A stretch of 64,000 bases of DNA from Glaucostegus cemiculus (taxonomy: Eukaryota). Both the position numbers and the translations under genes were made by a program. Shown here piece after piece: positions 1 through 13,720 of this stretch. Every line of letters starts with the position of its first letter. Within the stretch, counting starts at the first letter, position 1. The stretch spans positions 13,888,001 to 13,952,000 of the forward strand of contig CDPCPM010000029.1 of assembly GCA_976551045.1 (NCBI GenBank), written 5' to 3'. The notes beneath the pieces are model-generated. The model was not told the origin of the DNA. It made no database searches and was given only the letters and a program-made list of their open reading frames with translations.

Positions 1-2214
1 ACATATTTACAATGGGAACACATCCCAACTGGCAGAACTCCTTTGAATATTCAAATATTTGTAGCTGGCTCAAGGGGTTCTGAACACAAAACCCCACACA
101 CCCAAAATATACCTCTTTTGTTGCAATGTTGAGGGTTGTTTTCCTGAATATACAAACAGCCAGAATAATTGACAAAAACTGACAAGTCCTGAACTGTATT
201 GTTTGACAATGTGTTAACACAGAAGGTGGCCACTTAATGTCTTCCCTGATCTCACCATGTGGGTTTCATTGAGGGTCAATTAACATCAACACTTATTCAT
301 TGTCTTCCCCTGCATAGTTACAATGGCACAGAATCAGAATGTTCCACACTGGTTTTGATGGCCTGAAAGTATCAGTGGAACTTGCATTGTCTGATACATC
401 ATTATTGCATGAATGATTGTCTTGTCAGTTTCCAAAGTAAATCTCTTAAGTGGCCTCCCATGGTGAGCTGGCAGCCTGCAATTTTTTTTTACATATAATA
501 AGTTTTTTTGTTGAAGACTGGTACCCATTTGAATTAACTAACTGTGCCCCTTATTCCATAGCTCCAGAAAATGTCCCATGCCAAGTAAACCTTCAGACTA
601 GCAAGAAGTACTTTCAAAGTAAGTTGCAAAAATTCTAACATAGCTCTGGCCAAGAACAGGGAGATCTTGGTTTTAAAAAGCACATATCTTGGCTGATAAG
701 GAAATCAGAGATCAGAAACTTATAAAGTCCCATCTCCACTATATTACAATACCCTCCCATACATCCCGTGTCCAATGATCAAGTCAAGCAGGCACCAAGC
801 ATTTCAGTTTGTTAAACTGTGAGACATTCAAGAATTGAGTCCAAATTCCCTGGAAGGTTGGCTGGCTTTTTACTTGTGGGATTAAAAGCTGTTACAGTTT
901 TGACACTCATACAGATTTTCATGTTTCCCATAAACATAGCACATGATTTTAAATTCTGGTACTTAGCCATTGGAAAATATTCCACAATGAATTATTGTTG
1001 TCCTGTACCTTGCCTGCTGTTTCATGCAATTTTTAAAACCCTTGTGGTACAGAGGGAAGCTCTTTTGGTGCTTCGTGGGGTAGAGCAACATGAAGAGGGG
1101 ATGAGGAAGGATGTATAGGATTCTCTCAGAGGAGTGGTCCTATGAGTCCCCAAAGCTATAACATGGCAGAGTCTACTGAACTGTCTTCCCCCTTCTCTCT
1201 AACTACCAACAGTCCCTCCTTTCAATCATGGTACCCATCATGTTGATGCGCTTTATATACACAACTTTATAATTTATGCTATATCACTAAGCTACTGTTC
1301 TTAGCCATCTTAGAAATGGCTTTGGATTGTTTAAGGCAAGTATATAAATTAATGGCTTGTCCAGTGATGCTGGTGCTCAAGCTCAAGTGGCCAATGACAT
1401 CAGCTACCAGAGCCCTCATGACTCTCCTTGGACAGCCAATACATTAGTGACATTGACTATTCTGTTCACCTCTGGCCCTCATACTTCTGCCATTTGAGCA
1501 TGGTGGCACTCACCAGCCAGAACTCTGAAAGCCAGCAACTATGGCAAAACAAACCCTTTAACTTCATTCCTCCAAAACTGTTCAGTCTTGATTTGGCAAA
1601 TGGTTACACAGGTCATGCCCTATAGATTGAAAGCACAGTTGACCTCCACATCTCTGTACTGGATTCCCCAGAAGCTGAAGCTTCAGAGCTAAGGCTGCCA
1701 AAATTCTGCTGATGGTGTGCTAGTAGAACCCAGCTACAGATTGCCCAGTCCTAGGCCTCCAATGAAACACTGCTTTCAAGGCTGTTCGAGGAGCAGGTGC
1801 ATTGTCCTTCCAAGAGATGACAGCACATACCTCCCCCAGGGAGTTATTGCCACTCTTCTAACTGTACCTCAGTATCACTACTGCTTGAGAATCAGTTGAA
1901 AGCCACTTATTTGAGTTCCTTTCCATGTAGCCAGATGTGCTACATGGAAAGGAACTCTGCGGATCCCTTTGCTGTGATTATAAAGCTTACCACATTTGAC
2001 TCCACAAGCCTGGTACTATTCACAGGGGTGTGTGGTCCCCAGGACTCTTTGAAATTGGATGAAAACACAGTCAGGTAGGGAAGTACACTTGGAAAGAATA
2101 TGTTCATAGCTATTCAATTTTAATGTACCATGGATTCATGATGTCTTTAATTGAATCCTGAGGCTTTATAGAGCATCAAAGAGAAAAAAGGGGACAAGGC
2201 ACTGGAAGTATTGA

Positions 2215-2310
2215 ATAAAACAAAATGCTGGAAATTTCTCAGCCGGTCAGATAGCATCTGTGGGGAGTCAAAAAGATAATGTTTCAGGTTGATGACTTTT
2301 CATCAGAAAA
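2215..2310 (-). mobile_element. Penelope-like element terminal fragment with minimal hammerhead ribozyme motif
   Basis: Minus strand reads CTGATGA-aaagtcatcaacct-GAAA-catt, then ...cacagatgctatctgaccggctgagaaatttccagcattttg, the same module that ends the PLE at 44020. Confidence 0.65.
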
Positions 2311-3024
2311 CATTGAATGTTTTGTGGAGAGTAGTCTCTGATTGGGAAACTACCTTTCTCATTCCTGATTTATTTTGTTCTTAATTGTATTATAATGATG
2401 CAAGTGACTGGGAAGAATAACTTGGATTTTCATAAGTGATCAATTGATTTCTCCGAGGAATATAATATTAAATGGCCAATAGAACTCTTGTCTGGAAACA
2501 TTGATTATGAATAAATTTAAGAATGGTAGTGGCACTGTTGTTGTTGTTATTATTATTATTAATAATATTATTATACTATTTCACCAGGACATTGAGTATT
2601 AGGGAATACAGTAAAAGTAAATCCCTAAAAGGATATTCCCTCTATTCCACTTGGCAAACTCACCAAGGCTCTTAGATGATATTTATTGTAGCATTTATTT
2701 CAAGCTTTTAAATGGTAGGGATAAAGAATGGCAGGAAGGAACTGTGGGGATAGGATGCAAGCCACAAGATGGGTGGAAGTTTGGCAAAACCCTGGTAAGT
2801 AGTTGAGTTTAGCCATTTCTTAGGTAATTTCATTGACCCGCTGTACTAACAGGTTCTGTGCAAATTCCAAATGAATCATTACATACATTGCTTATCTAGT
2901 AATTCTGCAATTTGTGCAGGGCCACTCCATTTTTGTTATATTATCAATATTAATGTAAACCTGATGTTACCTTTTTGCTTTACTGTGCTTTTCATTTTTT
3001 GCACATTTTTGAGCCCAACTATAT

Positions 3025-3880
3025 ATAGGGATAAGCTGTGTAAAGGATATAAGGAGGCTACAAAGGGACATTGATAGGTTAAATGAATGACCAAGGTTTG
3101 GCAAATAAGTCAAATGTAGGAGAAGATGGAATTGATTATTTTGGTATGAAGAATAAAACAAAATGGCAGTCTAAATAGTGAGAGATTATAGAGCTCTGAG
3201 ACGCGAAAGGATCTGGGTGTTCTAGTGCATGATTTACAAAAGGCTAGAATGCAGGTAGAGCAAGTAATTAGGCAAGATGACAGAATGTATAATTTATCGT
3301 GGAGGGAATTGAATACAAAAGTAGTGAGGCAATGTTTCAGATATATTGGGCATTAGTGAGATCACATCTAGAGTATGGTGTACAACATTGGTTCTCTATT
3401 TTGAAGAAGGAGTAAATGTATTGGAAGCTGATTTATGGACTGATACCTGAAATGGACAAGTTGTCTTATAAGCCTTGCCTATCTGACCTTTCTTAATATC
3501 AACTGAAGTTTAAGAGAGTGAGAGGCAATTTGATAGAAAGATCTGAAGGATCTTGGTGAGGTGGAACTGGAGAGAATCATATCGCTTGTGGCAGAATCTG
3601 GAACACATCACTGTTTAAAAATAAGGGAGGCAAAATATTATCTTTCAGAGCATAGGAAATCTTTGGAACTCACTTCCTCAAAGGTTGGTAAAAGCAGAAT
3701 TTTTGTATGTTTTTAGGAGTAGAATTAAATAGGTTCCTAATAAGCAAGGTCATGAAAGGTTATTGGGATTTGGTAGGAATGTGGAGTTGAGGTTTTAATC
3801 AGATCAACCATGATCTTGCTAAATAGTGGAGCATGCTCAAGAGGCTGAGTGACCTACATCTATTCCTAGTTTGTATATTG
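3025..3880 (+). mobile_element. Old CR1 LINE, 3' part (degenerate RT C-terminus and tail)
   Basis: Remnants of LQRDIDRL and HLEY..Q.WS motifs; 3' tail ...gaggctgagtgacctacatctattcc; many stops and indels. Confidence 0.75.
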
Positions 3881-4021
3881 GTGTGTTTGTATATTGGAGT
3901 AACAGTAAAATATCAACACCAAGCTTCACACTATGTCTGGGTTTGTTGAAAATGAATCAATAGATATTATCATAACTTGGACATTATCATTATTGTAATG
4001 TAATTATTATTAAATGATGCA

Positions 4022-5024
4022 AATGACACGACAGTGGTGGGTCTTGTCACGAATGACGATGAGTCGGACTACAGAGAAGAGGTGAAACAACTAGCCGTGT
4101 GGTGCCATGACAACAACCTCTCCTTGAATGTGGATAAAACCAAGGAGATGATAGTGGATTTTAGGAGGGGTCACCGTGTGCACGCCCCGCTGACCATCAA
4201 CGGGTCTGCTGTAGAACAAGTATGCAGCACCAAGTTCCTGGGGGTGCACATCACCGACGACCTGACCTGGTCCACTAACATTACGGCCCTCACGAAGAAA
4301 GCTCAGAAGCGCCTCTACTTCCTGCGGAGACTGAGGAAAGCGTACCCCCATCCCTCCGTTATGAAAACCTTCTATAGGGGGACCATTGAGAGCATCCTAA
4401 CTCAATGTATCACTGTTTGGTTTGGAAGCTGCTCAGCTGCTGGGCGGAAGTCCCTCCAGAAGATAGTTAGGGCTGCGGAGTGGATCATAGGTGTCTCGCT
4501 TCCATCCCTCGCAGACATATACAAAGACCGTTGTGTGAGGAAGACCAAAAGCATAATGGCCGACCCTTCTCACCCTTCCCACCACCTCTTCACAATTTTG
4601 CCATCAGGGAGGAGGCTTAAATGTATCAGGGCAAGAACGACCAGGCTGAACGATAGCTTCTTTCTGCAAGCCATCAGAACTGCAAACTCTCTCATCCCTC
4701 CATCTTCCTTTGTTAACACTAAGAGATGCTAGGTGCACAGAAATGAACCAGCACTTTAAATGCCCGACACCAGCCCGTTCACTTTAATAACTATTTATTT
4801 ATTTACCGGCCATTTTTAATTTAATCTGCGTACTAATTTAATTTTAACTTCCGTAGCTTTTAATGTTTAATGTTTTGTAATGTTTATTCTGTCAAGTGTG
4901 TATGTGTGTCTCTGTTGGTTGTTATGTTATTTTATGGGACGAGCACCTGAGGAGGACGGTATCTCGCTCCTATGCATACTACGTATGTATATGGTTGTGA
5001 CAATAAAAACTGATTCTGATTCTG
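4022..5024 (+). mobile_element. 5'-truncated Rex1/Babar-type non-LTR retrotransposon with uninterrupted RT C-terminal ORF (4034-4732)
   Basis: DTTVVGLVTNDDESDYREEV...WCHDNNLSLNVDKTKEMIVDFRR...KFLGVHI...KKAQKRLYFLRRL; 3' end gtgacaataaaaac(tgattc)n; CpG retained. Confidence 0.85.
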
Positions 5025-6042
5025 AACTGCCAATCTGACAGGAAGTGAACTAGATTTCCAATTCTGTTTTTTTTTCTGTCTGATGATTCTTAGCATATTA
5101 AGTAATCCTAATAGCTTCAGAACAAGCAGATTCTTGAAGCCACAAGTCATGAAAATGAGCAGTCACTGTTGTAAGAAGATACAAGTGTCATAGCTCTATA
5201 CAACAAAGAAACAGTTTCATGCCCTGTGCCTCCCTCCTGCTTTTGGATGTGTGGAAAGTTTATCACTGTTGTTAAGTGCTGGAGCCTAAAAGGAGTTTAA
5301 GTTTGCTTCTTCAGAAATGATGCCTAGAGCTTTTATGATGATTTGGAGGTTAGGATAATCTTAACGGGATGCTGGATTTCAACACTGAAATCCCTCAACA
5401 CAAATCTGTTTTATTTCTGATGATGTCTGTTTGTAAACCTTACATATCAGATAACGCTAGATTAGATTCAAGGCCTATTTATGTTAGTTAATATCTGCAA
5501 AGATAATGATTGCTAGTTTAATTGTTTTCAAAGCCATATCCTCTAGCCAAATAGAAGAAAAATGAGACCATTTTAATTCATTATCCATGACCATGCTGGG
5601 TAGTGCATTTGCACATATATACAGGTTTGGATGTATTCAAGGCGCCTGAATAATTGAATAGCCACAGTTAAGGTACTCACACTTAGAATCATTACTCATT
5701 TGAGCTACCAAACACTGTGCAAACCAACTGAAATGGTTAATGTACTCAAGAAGAATTAATGCTTTTGAAAATATCTTAACATATCTCTGCAAGAACATTT
5801 GCAAAGCACTAGTGATCCCTTTATATGAAACAGAATATGAATTGCTAATGTGACGTCAAAAACTAAAGCAAATTTTGAGAGTCAAGTTGACCGCAGTAAT
5901 AATCCTATTTTTAGGATTAGGTTAATGCATTAAGGGTGTGTGAGTGAAGAACTGGTAATTAGCATGACTATTCAAAGTGTTAATATTTGGCAAACCTGTT
6001 GTAAGCAGCTTTAGAAAGACTGGCATGTACCTAGCCAGATTA

Positions 6043-6259
6043 GAACATAGAACAGTACAGCACAGAATAGGCCCTTCGGCCCACAATGTTGTGCTGACCT
6101 ATATAAACACCTACCTCCTAATCTAACCCTTCCCTCCTACACAGCCCATAAACCTCAATTTTACTGACATCCATGTGCCTATCTAAGTCTTTTATATGTC
6201 CCTGCTGTATCAGCCCCTGGCAGTGTGTTCCAGGCACCCATCACTCTCTGTGTAAAAAT
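6043..6259 (-). mobile_element. 3' tail of the minus-strand CR1 that continues at ~9515
   Basis: gaacatagaacagtacagcacagaataggcccttcggcccac...tgtgtaaaaa; the sequence resumes as aaaactacctctgacatct at 9520, as in the homologous copy at 30740-30765. Confidence 0.85.
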
Positions 6260-9200
6260 ATGTAGGGACCAATGACATGGATAGGAAGGAGGAGGTCCTG
6301 CAAAGAGAGTTTAGAGAATTAGGTGCAAAGTTGGAGGACAGAACCTCCAAGGCTGCAGTCTCTGGATTGCTACCCGTGCCATGTGCTAGTGACGCTAGAA
6401 ATAGGAGGATCATAGCAGGTTAATTTGGGTGTTTAAAATGGGCGGCACGGACTCGTTGGGCCCAAAGGCCCTGTTACCATCCTGTAAATAAAATGTAAAA
6501 TTTTTTTTTAAAAATTAAAAAAATACGTGGCTAAGGAGGGAGGTCTTCATGTTTCTGGACAATTGGGCTTCGTTCCAGGGAAGGTGGGATCTGTTCTGAA
6601 GGGACTGTTTGCACCTGAACTGGAGGGGGACTAACATACTTGCGGGTAGGTTTGCTAGTGCTGCTCCAGGGGATTTAAGCTAGATTTGCAGGGGGAGGGA
6701 AACCAGAGTGTTAGAGCAGATAGTGAGGTGGAGGAGGAAAATGGTCTTGCAAGGACCGCAGGTATAGAAAGAAATCAAAGGTTTGTACATGATGGATATG
6801 TTCTTTGGTGCATCTATTTCAATGCAAGGAGTATTGTAGGTAAGGCAGATGAGTTTAGGGCATGAATTGGCACGTGGGATTACGACACTATTGCTATTAC
6901 TGAGACCTGGTTGCAGGAGGGGCAGGACTGGCAGCTTAATGTTCCGGGGTTCCGTTGTTTCAGACGTAACAGACGGGGAGGGATGAAAGGGGGAAGAGTG
7001 GCCTTACTAGTCAGGGAAAATATCACAGCTGTGTGTAGACAGGACAACCCGGAGGGTTCGTCTACAGAGGCCATATGGGTGGAGCTGAGGAACAGGAAAG
7101 GTGTGGCCGCACTAATAGGGTTGTATTATAGACCGTCCAATAGTCAGAGAGAATTGGAGGAACAAATCTGTAGTGAGGTAGCAGACCGATGTAAGAAACA
7201 GAAAGTTGTAATAGTAGGGGATTTTAACTTCCCACATATTGACTGGGACTCCCACACTGTCAAAGGGCTGGATGGCTTGGAATTTGTCAGATGTATTCAG
7301 AAAAGCTTTCTAAATCAATATATAGAGGTACCAATGAGAGAGAATGCAATACTTGATCTCCTATTAGGGAACCAGACAGTTCAGGTGACAGAAGTATGTG
7401 TCGGTGAGCATTTGGGTCCAATGACCATAATATCATTAGTTTCAAGTTAATTATGGAAAGCCTTCAAAGACGAAATTTTGAGAGTGCAGAGTTTGTATGG
7501 TCTTGTCAGGATTAAAGGCAAAGGTAACAAGCATAGGGAACCTTGGTTTTCAAGGGATATTGATGAGCTGGTTTAGAAAAAGAGAGAGGTGTATCACAGG
7601 TATAGGCAACTAGGAACGGATGAGGTACTTGAAGAGTATAGGAAATGTAAGAAAATACTAAAAAAGGAAATCAGGAAGGCAGAAAGGAAACATGAGGTTG
7701 CTTTGGCAGATAACGTGAAGGTAAACCCAAAGGGTTTCTACAAGTATATTAGGAATAAAAGGATAGTAAGGGACAAAATTGGTCCCCTGGAAGATCAGAA
7801 TGGTCATCTACGTGTGGAGCCTCAGGAGATGGGGGAGATCTTTAACAGTTTTTTTTGCATCAGTATTTACTCAGTAAACTGGCATAGTTGATATGGAAGG
7901 AAGGGAAACAAGCAGTAGTCTCATGGAACACATATAGATTAAAGAAGAGGAGGTGCTTGCTGCTTTACAGCAAATAAAGGTAGATAAATTCCCCCAGGCC
8001 TTGATAAGATATTTTCTCAGACCCTGAGAGAGACTAGTGTAGAAATTGCAGGGGCCCTGGCAGGTATATTTAAAATGTCCTTACCCACAGGTGCGGTGCC
8101 AGAGGACTGGAGGGTAGCTTATGTTATTCCGTTGTTCAAAAAAAGGCTCTAAAAGTAAACCAGGTAATTACAGGCCAGTGAGCCTGATATCAGTAGTAGG
8201 TAAATTATTGGAAGGTGTTCTGAGAGATTGGATATACAAGTATTTGGACAGCCAAAGGCTGATTAAGGATAGTCAGCATGGCTTTGTATGTGGTAGATCG
8301 TGTTTAACAAATCTTGTAGAGTTTTTTGAGGAGGTTACCAAGAAAGTAGATGAAGGAAAGGCTGTGGATGTTGTCTACATGGTCGGGTGCTGAGGAGTGC
8401 AGAGGAACAAAGGCCTTTGACAACGTCCCACATGGGAGGTTAGTTCAGAAGTTTCAATCACTAGGTATCCACGGAAAGGTTGTAAACTGGATTCGAAATT
8501 GGCTGCATGGGAGAAGACAGAGAGTGGTAGTGGATGATTATTACTCACTGGAGGCCTGTGACTAGTGGTGTGCCTCAGGGATCTGTTTGTTGTCTATATC
8601 GATGACCTAGATGATAATGTGGTAAATTGTATCAGCAAGTTTGCTGATGACACCAAGACTGGAGGCGTAGTTGACCGCGAGGAAGGCTTTCGGAGCTTGC
8701 AGAGGGATCTGAACCAACTGAAAATATGTGAGGTGGTGCATTTTGGAAGGACAGATCAAGGTAGGACATACACAGTAAATGGTAGGGTGCTGAGGAGTGC
8801 GGAGGAACAAAGGGATCTGGGAGTTCAGATACATAGTTCCCTGAAAGTGGCATCACAGGTAGACAGGGTTGTAAAAAAAAAAGGCTTCTGGCATTCATAA
8901 ATCAAAGTATTGAGTATAGGATATAGGATGTTATGGTGAGGTTGTATAAGTCACTGGTGAGGCCAAATTTTGAGTATTGTGTGCAGTTCTGGTCATTTAG
9001 CTATTAGGAAGGACATCGGTAAGATTGAAAGAGTGTGGAGGAGATTTACTAGAATGTTGCCGGGTCTTCAGGAGTTGAGTTACAGGGAAAGACTGAACAG
9101 GTTAGGACTTTATTCCTTGGAACGTAGAAAGGTGAGGAGAGATTTGATAGAGGTTTACAAAATTATGAGGGGCATAGACAGAGTTAATGCAAATAGGCTC

Positions 9201-9511
9201 TTTCCACCTAGAGTAGGAGAGATAAGTACGAGAGGACATGGCTTTAGGGTGAAAGGGGAAAGGTTTAGGGGGAACATTAAGGGAGAATTTCTTCACTCAA
9301 AGAGTGGCGAAAGTGTGGAACGGGCTGCCATCTGATCTAGTAAATGCAGGCTCACTCTTGAGTTTTAAGAATAAATTGGATAGATACATGGACGGAGAGG
9401 TCTGGACTGTTATGGACTGGGTGCAGGTAAATGGGACTAGCGGAATAATGTTTCGGCGCAGACTAGTAGGGTCGAATGACCAGTTTTCTGTGTTGTAGTG
9501 TTCTATGGTTC
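6260..9511 (+). mobile_element. CR1 LINE, long copy (ORF1 SGNH-esterase 3' part; ORF2 APE endonuclease and RT), disrupted
   Basis: VGTND.../RDCLHLN (ORF1); FNARSI, AITETWL, VGDFNFP, LDLLL (APE); PGNYRPVSL, SQHGF, KFADDTK (RT); tail ...tgtgttgtagtgttctatggttcta; frameshifts, stops and deletions. Confidence 0.93.
6416..6524 (+). mobile_element. 5'-truncated V-SINE (CR1-tail subfamily) inserted in CR1 ORF1
   Basis: aggttaatttgggtgtttaaaatgggcggcacggactcgttgggccc...ctgtaaataaa matches the 3' half of the SINEs at 16438 and 26328. Confidence 0.85.
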
Positions 9512-9514
9512 TAA

Positions 9515-12500
9515 AAACAAAAACTACCTCTGACATCTCTCCTAAACTTTCCTCCTCTGACCTTAAATTGATGTCCTCTGGAACTGGCCATTGCTTCCCT
9601 GGGGAAAAGGTGCTGGCTGTCCACTCTATCTATGCCCCTCATAATCTTATACACCTCTATCAAATTGCCTCTTATCCTGTGTCGCACCAAAGGGAAAAGC
9701 CCAGCTCGCTCAACCTTACCTCATAAGACATGTTGTCTAATCCAGGCAGCGTCTTGGTAAATCTCCTCTGCACCCTCTCTAAAGTTTCCACATCCTTCCT
9801 GTAATGAGGCGACCAGAAATGAACACAATACTCTAAATTTGGTCTAACCAGAGTTTTATAGAGCTGCAACATTACCTTGCGGCTCTTGAACTCAACCCCC
9901 TGACTAATGAAGGCCAGCACACCATACAACTTCTTAACCACCCTATCAATTGGCACGGCAGCTTTGAGGGATCTATAGTCGTGGACACCAAGGTCCCCCT
10001 GTTCACCACACTGCTAATAATCCTGCCATTAACCTTGTACTCTGCCTTCAAGTTCATTCTTCCAAAGTGTATTACTTCACACTTTTCCATATTGAACTCC
10101 ATCTGCCTCTTCTCCACACAAATTTGCATCCTGTCTATATCCCGTTGTAACCTGTGACAACCTTCTACACTATCCACAACACCTCCAACCTTCATGTCAG
10201 CTACAAACTTACCAACCCACCCCTCCATTTCCTCATCCAAGTCATCTATAAAAATCACAAAGAGCAGGGGTCGCAGAACAGATCCCTGCAGAACACCACT
10301 GGTCACTGACCTCCAGGCAGAATACTCTCCATCTTCTACCTCCCTCTGCCTTCTGTGGCCAAGCCAATTCCAAATCCACACAATGAAGTCTCCATGGATG
10401 CCATGCCTCATGAATTTCTGGATGAGCATATCATGGGGCACCTTGTCAAATGCCTTACTAAAATCTATACACACTACATCCACTGTTCTGCCTTCATCAA
10501 CTTCTTTTGTCACCTTCTCGAAAAACTTAATTAGGCTTGTGAGGCACGACCTGCCCCTCTCAGATCCATGCTGACTATCCCTAGTAAGACTATAGTTCTC
10601 CAAATACTCATAAATACTGCCCCTAAGAATCCTCTCCAATAGATTATAGATCAGTGAGTCTTGTGCCCATCACTGACACAAGACTCACTGGTCTATAATT
10701 CCCAGGATTATCCCTATTAGCTTTCTTGAACAACGGAACAACATTTGCCATCCTCCAATCTTCTGGTGCCACTCCGGTGGCCAGGGAGGACGCAAGTATC
10801 ATTGTCAGCGCCCCAGCAATCTCTTCCCTCACCTCCCATAGTATCCTGGGGTTATCCCATCCAGCCCCAGGGACTTAACTATCCTAATGTTTTTCAGAAG
10901 CTCCCACACCATCTCTTCCTTAACCTTTATGTGCTTCAGCACATTAGCCTGTTCTACGCTGACCTCACATTTGTCAAAGTCCCTCTCCCTAGTGAACACT
11001 AAAGCAAAGTATTCATTCAGGACCTCCCCTATCTCCTCGCACACGTTTCCCCCTTTATCCCTGAGTGGTCCTACCCTTACTGTAGTCATCCTCCTGTTCC
11101 TCATGTACATGTAGAACACCTTGGTGTTTCCCTTAATTTTACATGCCAAGGTGTTCTTATGCACACTTCTAGCTCTCCTAAATCCCTCTTTAAGCTCTTT
11201 CCTGGCTACCTTATAATTCTCAAAAGCCCTGTGTGATTTTTGTTTCCAAAACCTTAAGTATGTTTCCTTCTTCCTGTTGACTAAGTGCTTCACCTCTCTT
11301 GTCAACCATGGTTCCTTTACCCTACCATCCTGTCCCCATCTCGGTGGAACATACCTATCTAGAACCTCATGCAAATGTTCCCTAAACAGCCTCCACATTT
11401 CTTCTGTGCATTTCTCTGAGAACATCTGTTCCTAGTTTATGCTCCCAAGTTCCTGCCTAATACTGTTGTAATTAGCCCCCCCCCCCCCAATTAACAACTT
11501 CCCCATATCATCTGCTCCTATCCCTGTCCGTGGTCAGGGAGTTGTGCTCACTATCTCTGAAATGCTCGCCCACCAAGAGGTCTGTCACCTGACCAGGTTC
11601 ATTGCCTAGTACTAGATCCAATATGGCCTCTCCTCTACTCGGCCTGTCCACATACTGTGTCAGGAATCCTTCCTGGACACACCTAACAAATTCTGCCTCA
11701 TCTAAACCTTTTGCACTAAGGAGGTGCCAATCAATATTTGGCAAGTTGAAGTCTCCCATGACAACAACCCTGTTATTTATACACCTTTCCAAAAGCGTTT
11801 ACTTATCTGCTCCTCAGTGTACCAGTGGCTATGGGGGGGGCGCTATAGAATACTCCCAATATAGTGATCGCTCGCTTCCTGTTTCTGACTTCTACCCACA
11901 CTGGCTCAGTAGACCATCCCTCCAAATGTCCTCCCTTGCTGCAGCTGTGATATTATCCCTGATTAGCAATGCTACTCCCCCACCTTTTTACCTCTGTCAC
12001 AACTCCTTTTAAAACATCTGAACCCTGGAAGATCAAGCAGCCAATCATGCCCTTTTGACAGCTATGCCTCTGCAATGGCCATAACTGATCCATTAAATTC
12101 ATCATCCCTGTTCTTAATACTTCTCGTATTAAAGTAAATATATTTCAATCCATCCAACTGACTGTGTTTATACCCTATCCACTGCATATCCTTCCTCACA
12201 GTCTCTCTGCACAATGCACCTTTACACCAACTGCTCCATCATCTGACCGAACACTCTGGTTCCCATCTCCCTGCCAACCTAGTTTAAACCCTCCCCAAGA
12301 GCTTTAGCAAAGCTGCCCGCAAGGACATGAATCCCTCTTGAGTTCAGGTGTAACCCATCCCTTTTGTACAGGTCAAACCTTTCCTCAAAAGAGATGCCAA
12401 TGATCCACAAATCTGAAACACTTTCCTGCACTAATTCTTCATTCATGCATTCATCTGCCCTATCTTTCTGTTCTTACCCTCACTGGTGCGTGGCACAGGC

Positions 12501-12650
12501 AGCAATTCAGAGATTATCACCCTTGAGGTCCTGCTTTTTAGCTTTCTTCCTAACACCTTACATTTCCTCTTCAGGACCTTATCCCATTTTCTATTTATGT
12601 TGTTGGTACCGATGTGGACCAGGACTTCTGGCTGCTCCCCCTCCCCCTAA
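9515..12650 (-). mobile_element. CR1 LINE, long copy (ORF1 end, APE, RT), disrupted
   Basis: ORF fragments VVMGDFNLPNIDW, PGNYRPVSLVSV, DFSKAFDKVPH, GVLQGSVL, KFVADMK, RPNLEYCVHFWSP. Confidence 0.93.
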
Positions 12651-13314
12651 AGAATTACATTTAGTGGACCAACACAATGGAGTACTGCCATTGCACAGAA
12701 GACAAACTTCTTGAAAGTTTATAGTTTAAAGTAAGAATATATGTAACTCAGAATCTTTTTGTATGAGGACAGGATCTTCTGTTACATAAATTTATTGCTG
12801 GAAGTAGACTTAAAGTTAACCCTTTGGTTTCATTTTACAGCTTGGTAACCTTGACTTCAGAAGTTTTCTTTTTGGTTTCAATCTTTGTTGCTTTTCCACA
12901 TTAGGCACACAATTTAATGAGGAAGGAAAACCTGTGTGTTCCTTGCTGATACAGCACTAGCTAATTAAAGGAAGCAAACTAAATACCACTTACTTAAGCA
13001 GTGGGATCCACAGAGAGCAGTAAAAGTCCTGATGTTGGTCTGTGACAATTCCATTTGAATGTTGAAGTTTAGTGTGTCAGGTTAAAGAAAAATTCTTTTA
13101 TGATCCTTCTTTTTGTTTGAGGAGAACATAATACATGACACTGCATATAGTCCCCACACTGTTGAAATAAAATGTTGCATCAATATGCTAAATTATGCTG
13201 TTATGTTCAGGATATAAATTCCAGATAAAACCCTCCTGGCAAACCTGTTCCTTACTGAGAATCAAGAATAACTGCAGAAAAAGATGTGTGATTTGTTCTA
13301 CATTTTCACATCTT

Positions 13315-13720
13315 CCTTGCATTTAACTTATTCCAAGAGTTTGCATTATATTGTGCTTCACACATCATCAGGGTGTCTCAGTTGCTTCATGGATGATATT
13401 TACTTTTCATATGCAGAATTGTAAATAATATTGCCAGTCCATTTTCTTATAGGAAGATTCAAAAATGTTAGGTTGGTTACAGAAGATAAGATGGTCAGAT
13501 TTTCAGGAGCATTCCTCAAAAATATTCTGCATGGTTATTTTAGTTCCACTGAAACAGCCAAATACGATCTTTGGAACATTAATTTGCAAGACAGCATCTT
13601 TGATAATTTCATCAACAATCACTGAAGGGTCAGCCAATGTTATCTGCTCAACTGCAAGAATTAGATATAAACCCAGAATCTTTTAAGTCAGAGGCAAGAA
13701 TGCTATAAATTAACCCAATC
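13315..13720 (-). mobile_element. Old Deu-domain SINE remnant
   Basis: Patchy reverse-complement similarity to 33215-33600; highly diverged. Confidence 0.4.

Noticed and set aside
1-2200. Short ORFs in the first 2 kb, and a search for the canonical LIMCH1 first exon upstream of 27969
   Set aside because: No recognisable protein motifs, and no EAQKWIE-type exon or CpG-island promoter was seen; the first exon is probably outside the window.
10194-12012. Plus-strand ORFs of 126-136 aa
   Set aside because: Antisense shadows of CR1 ORF2.
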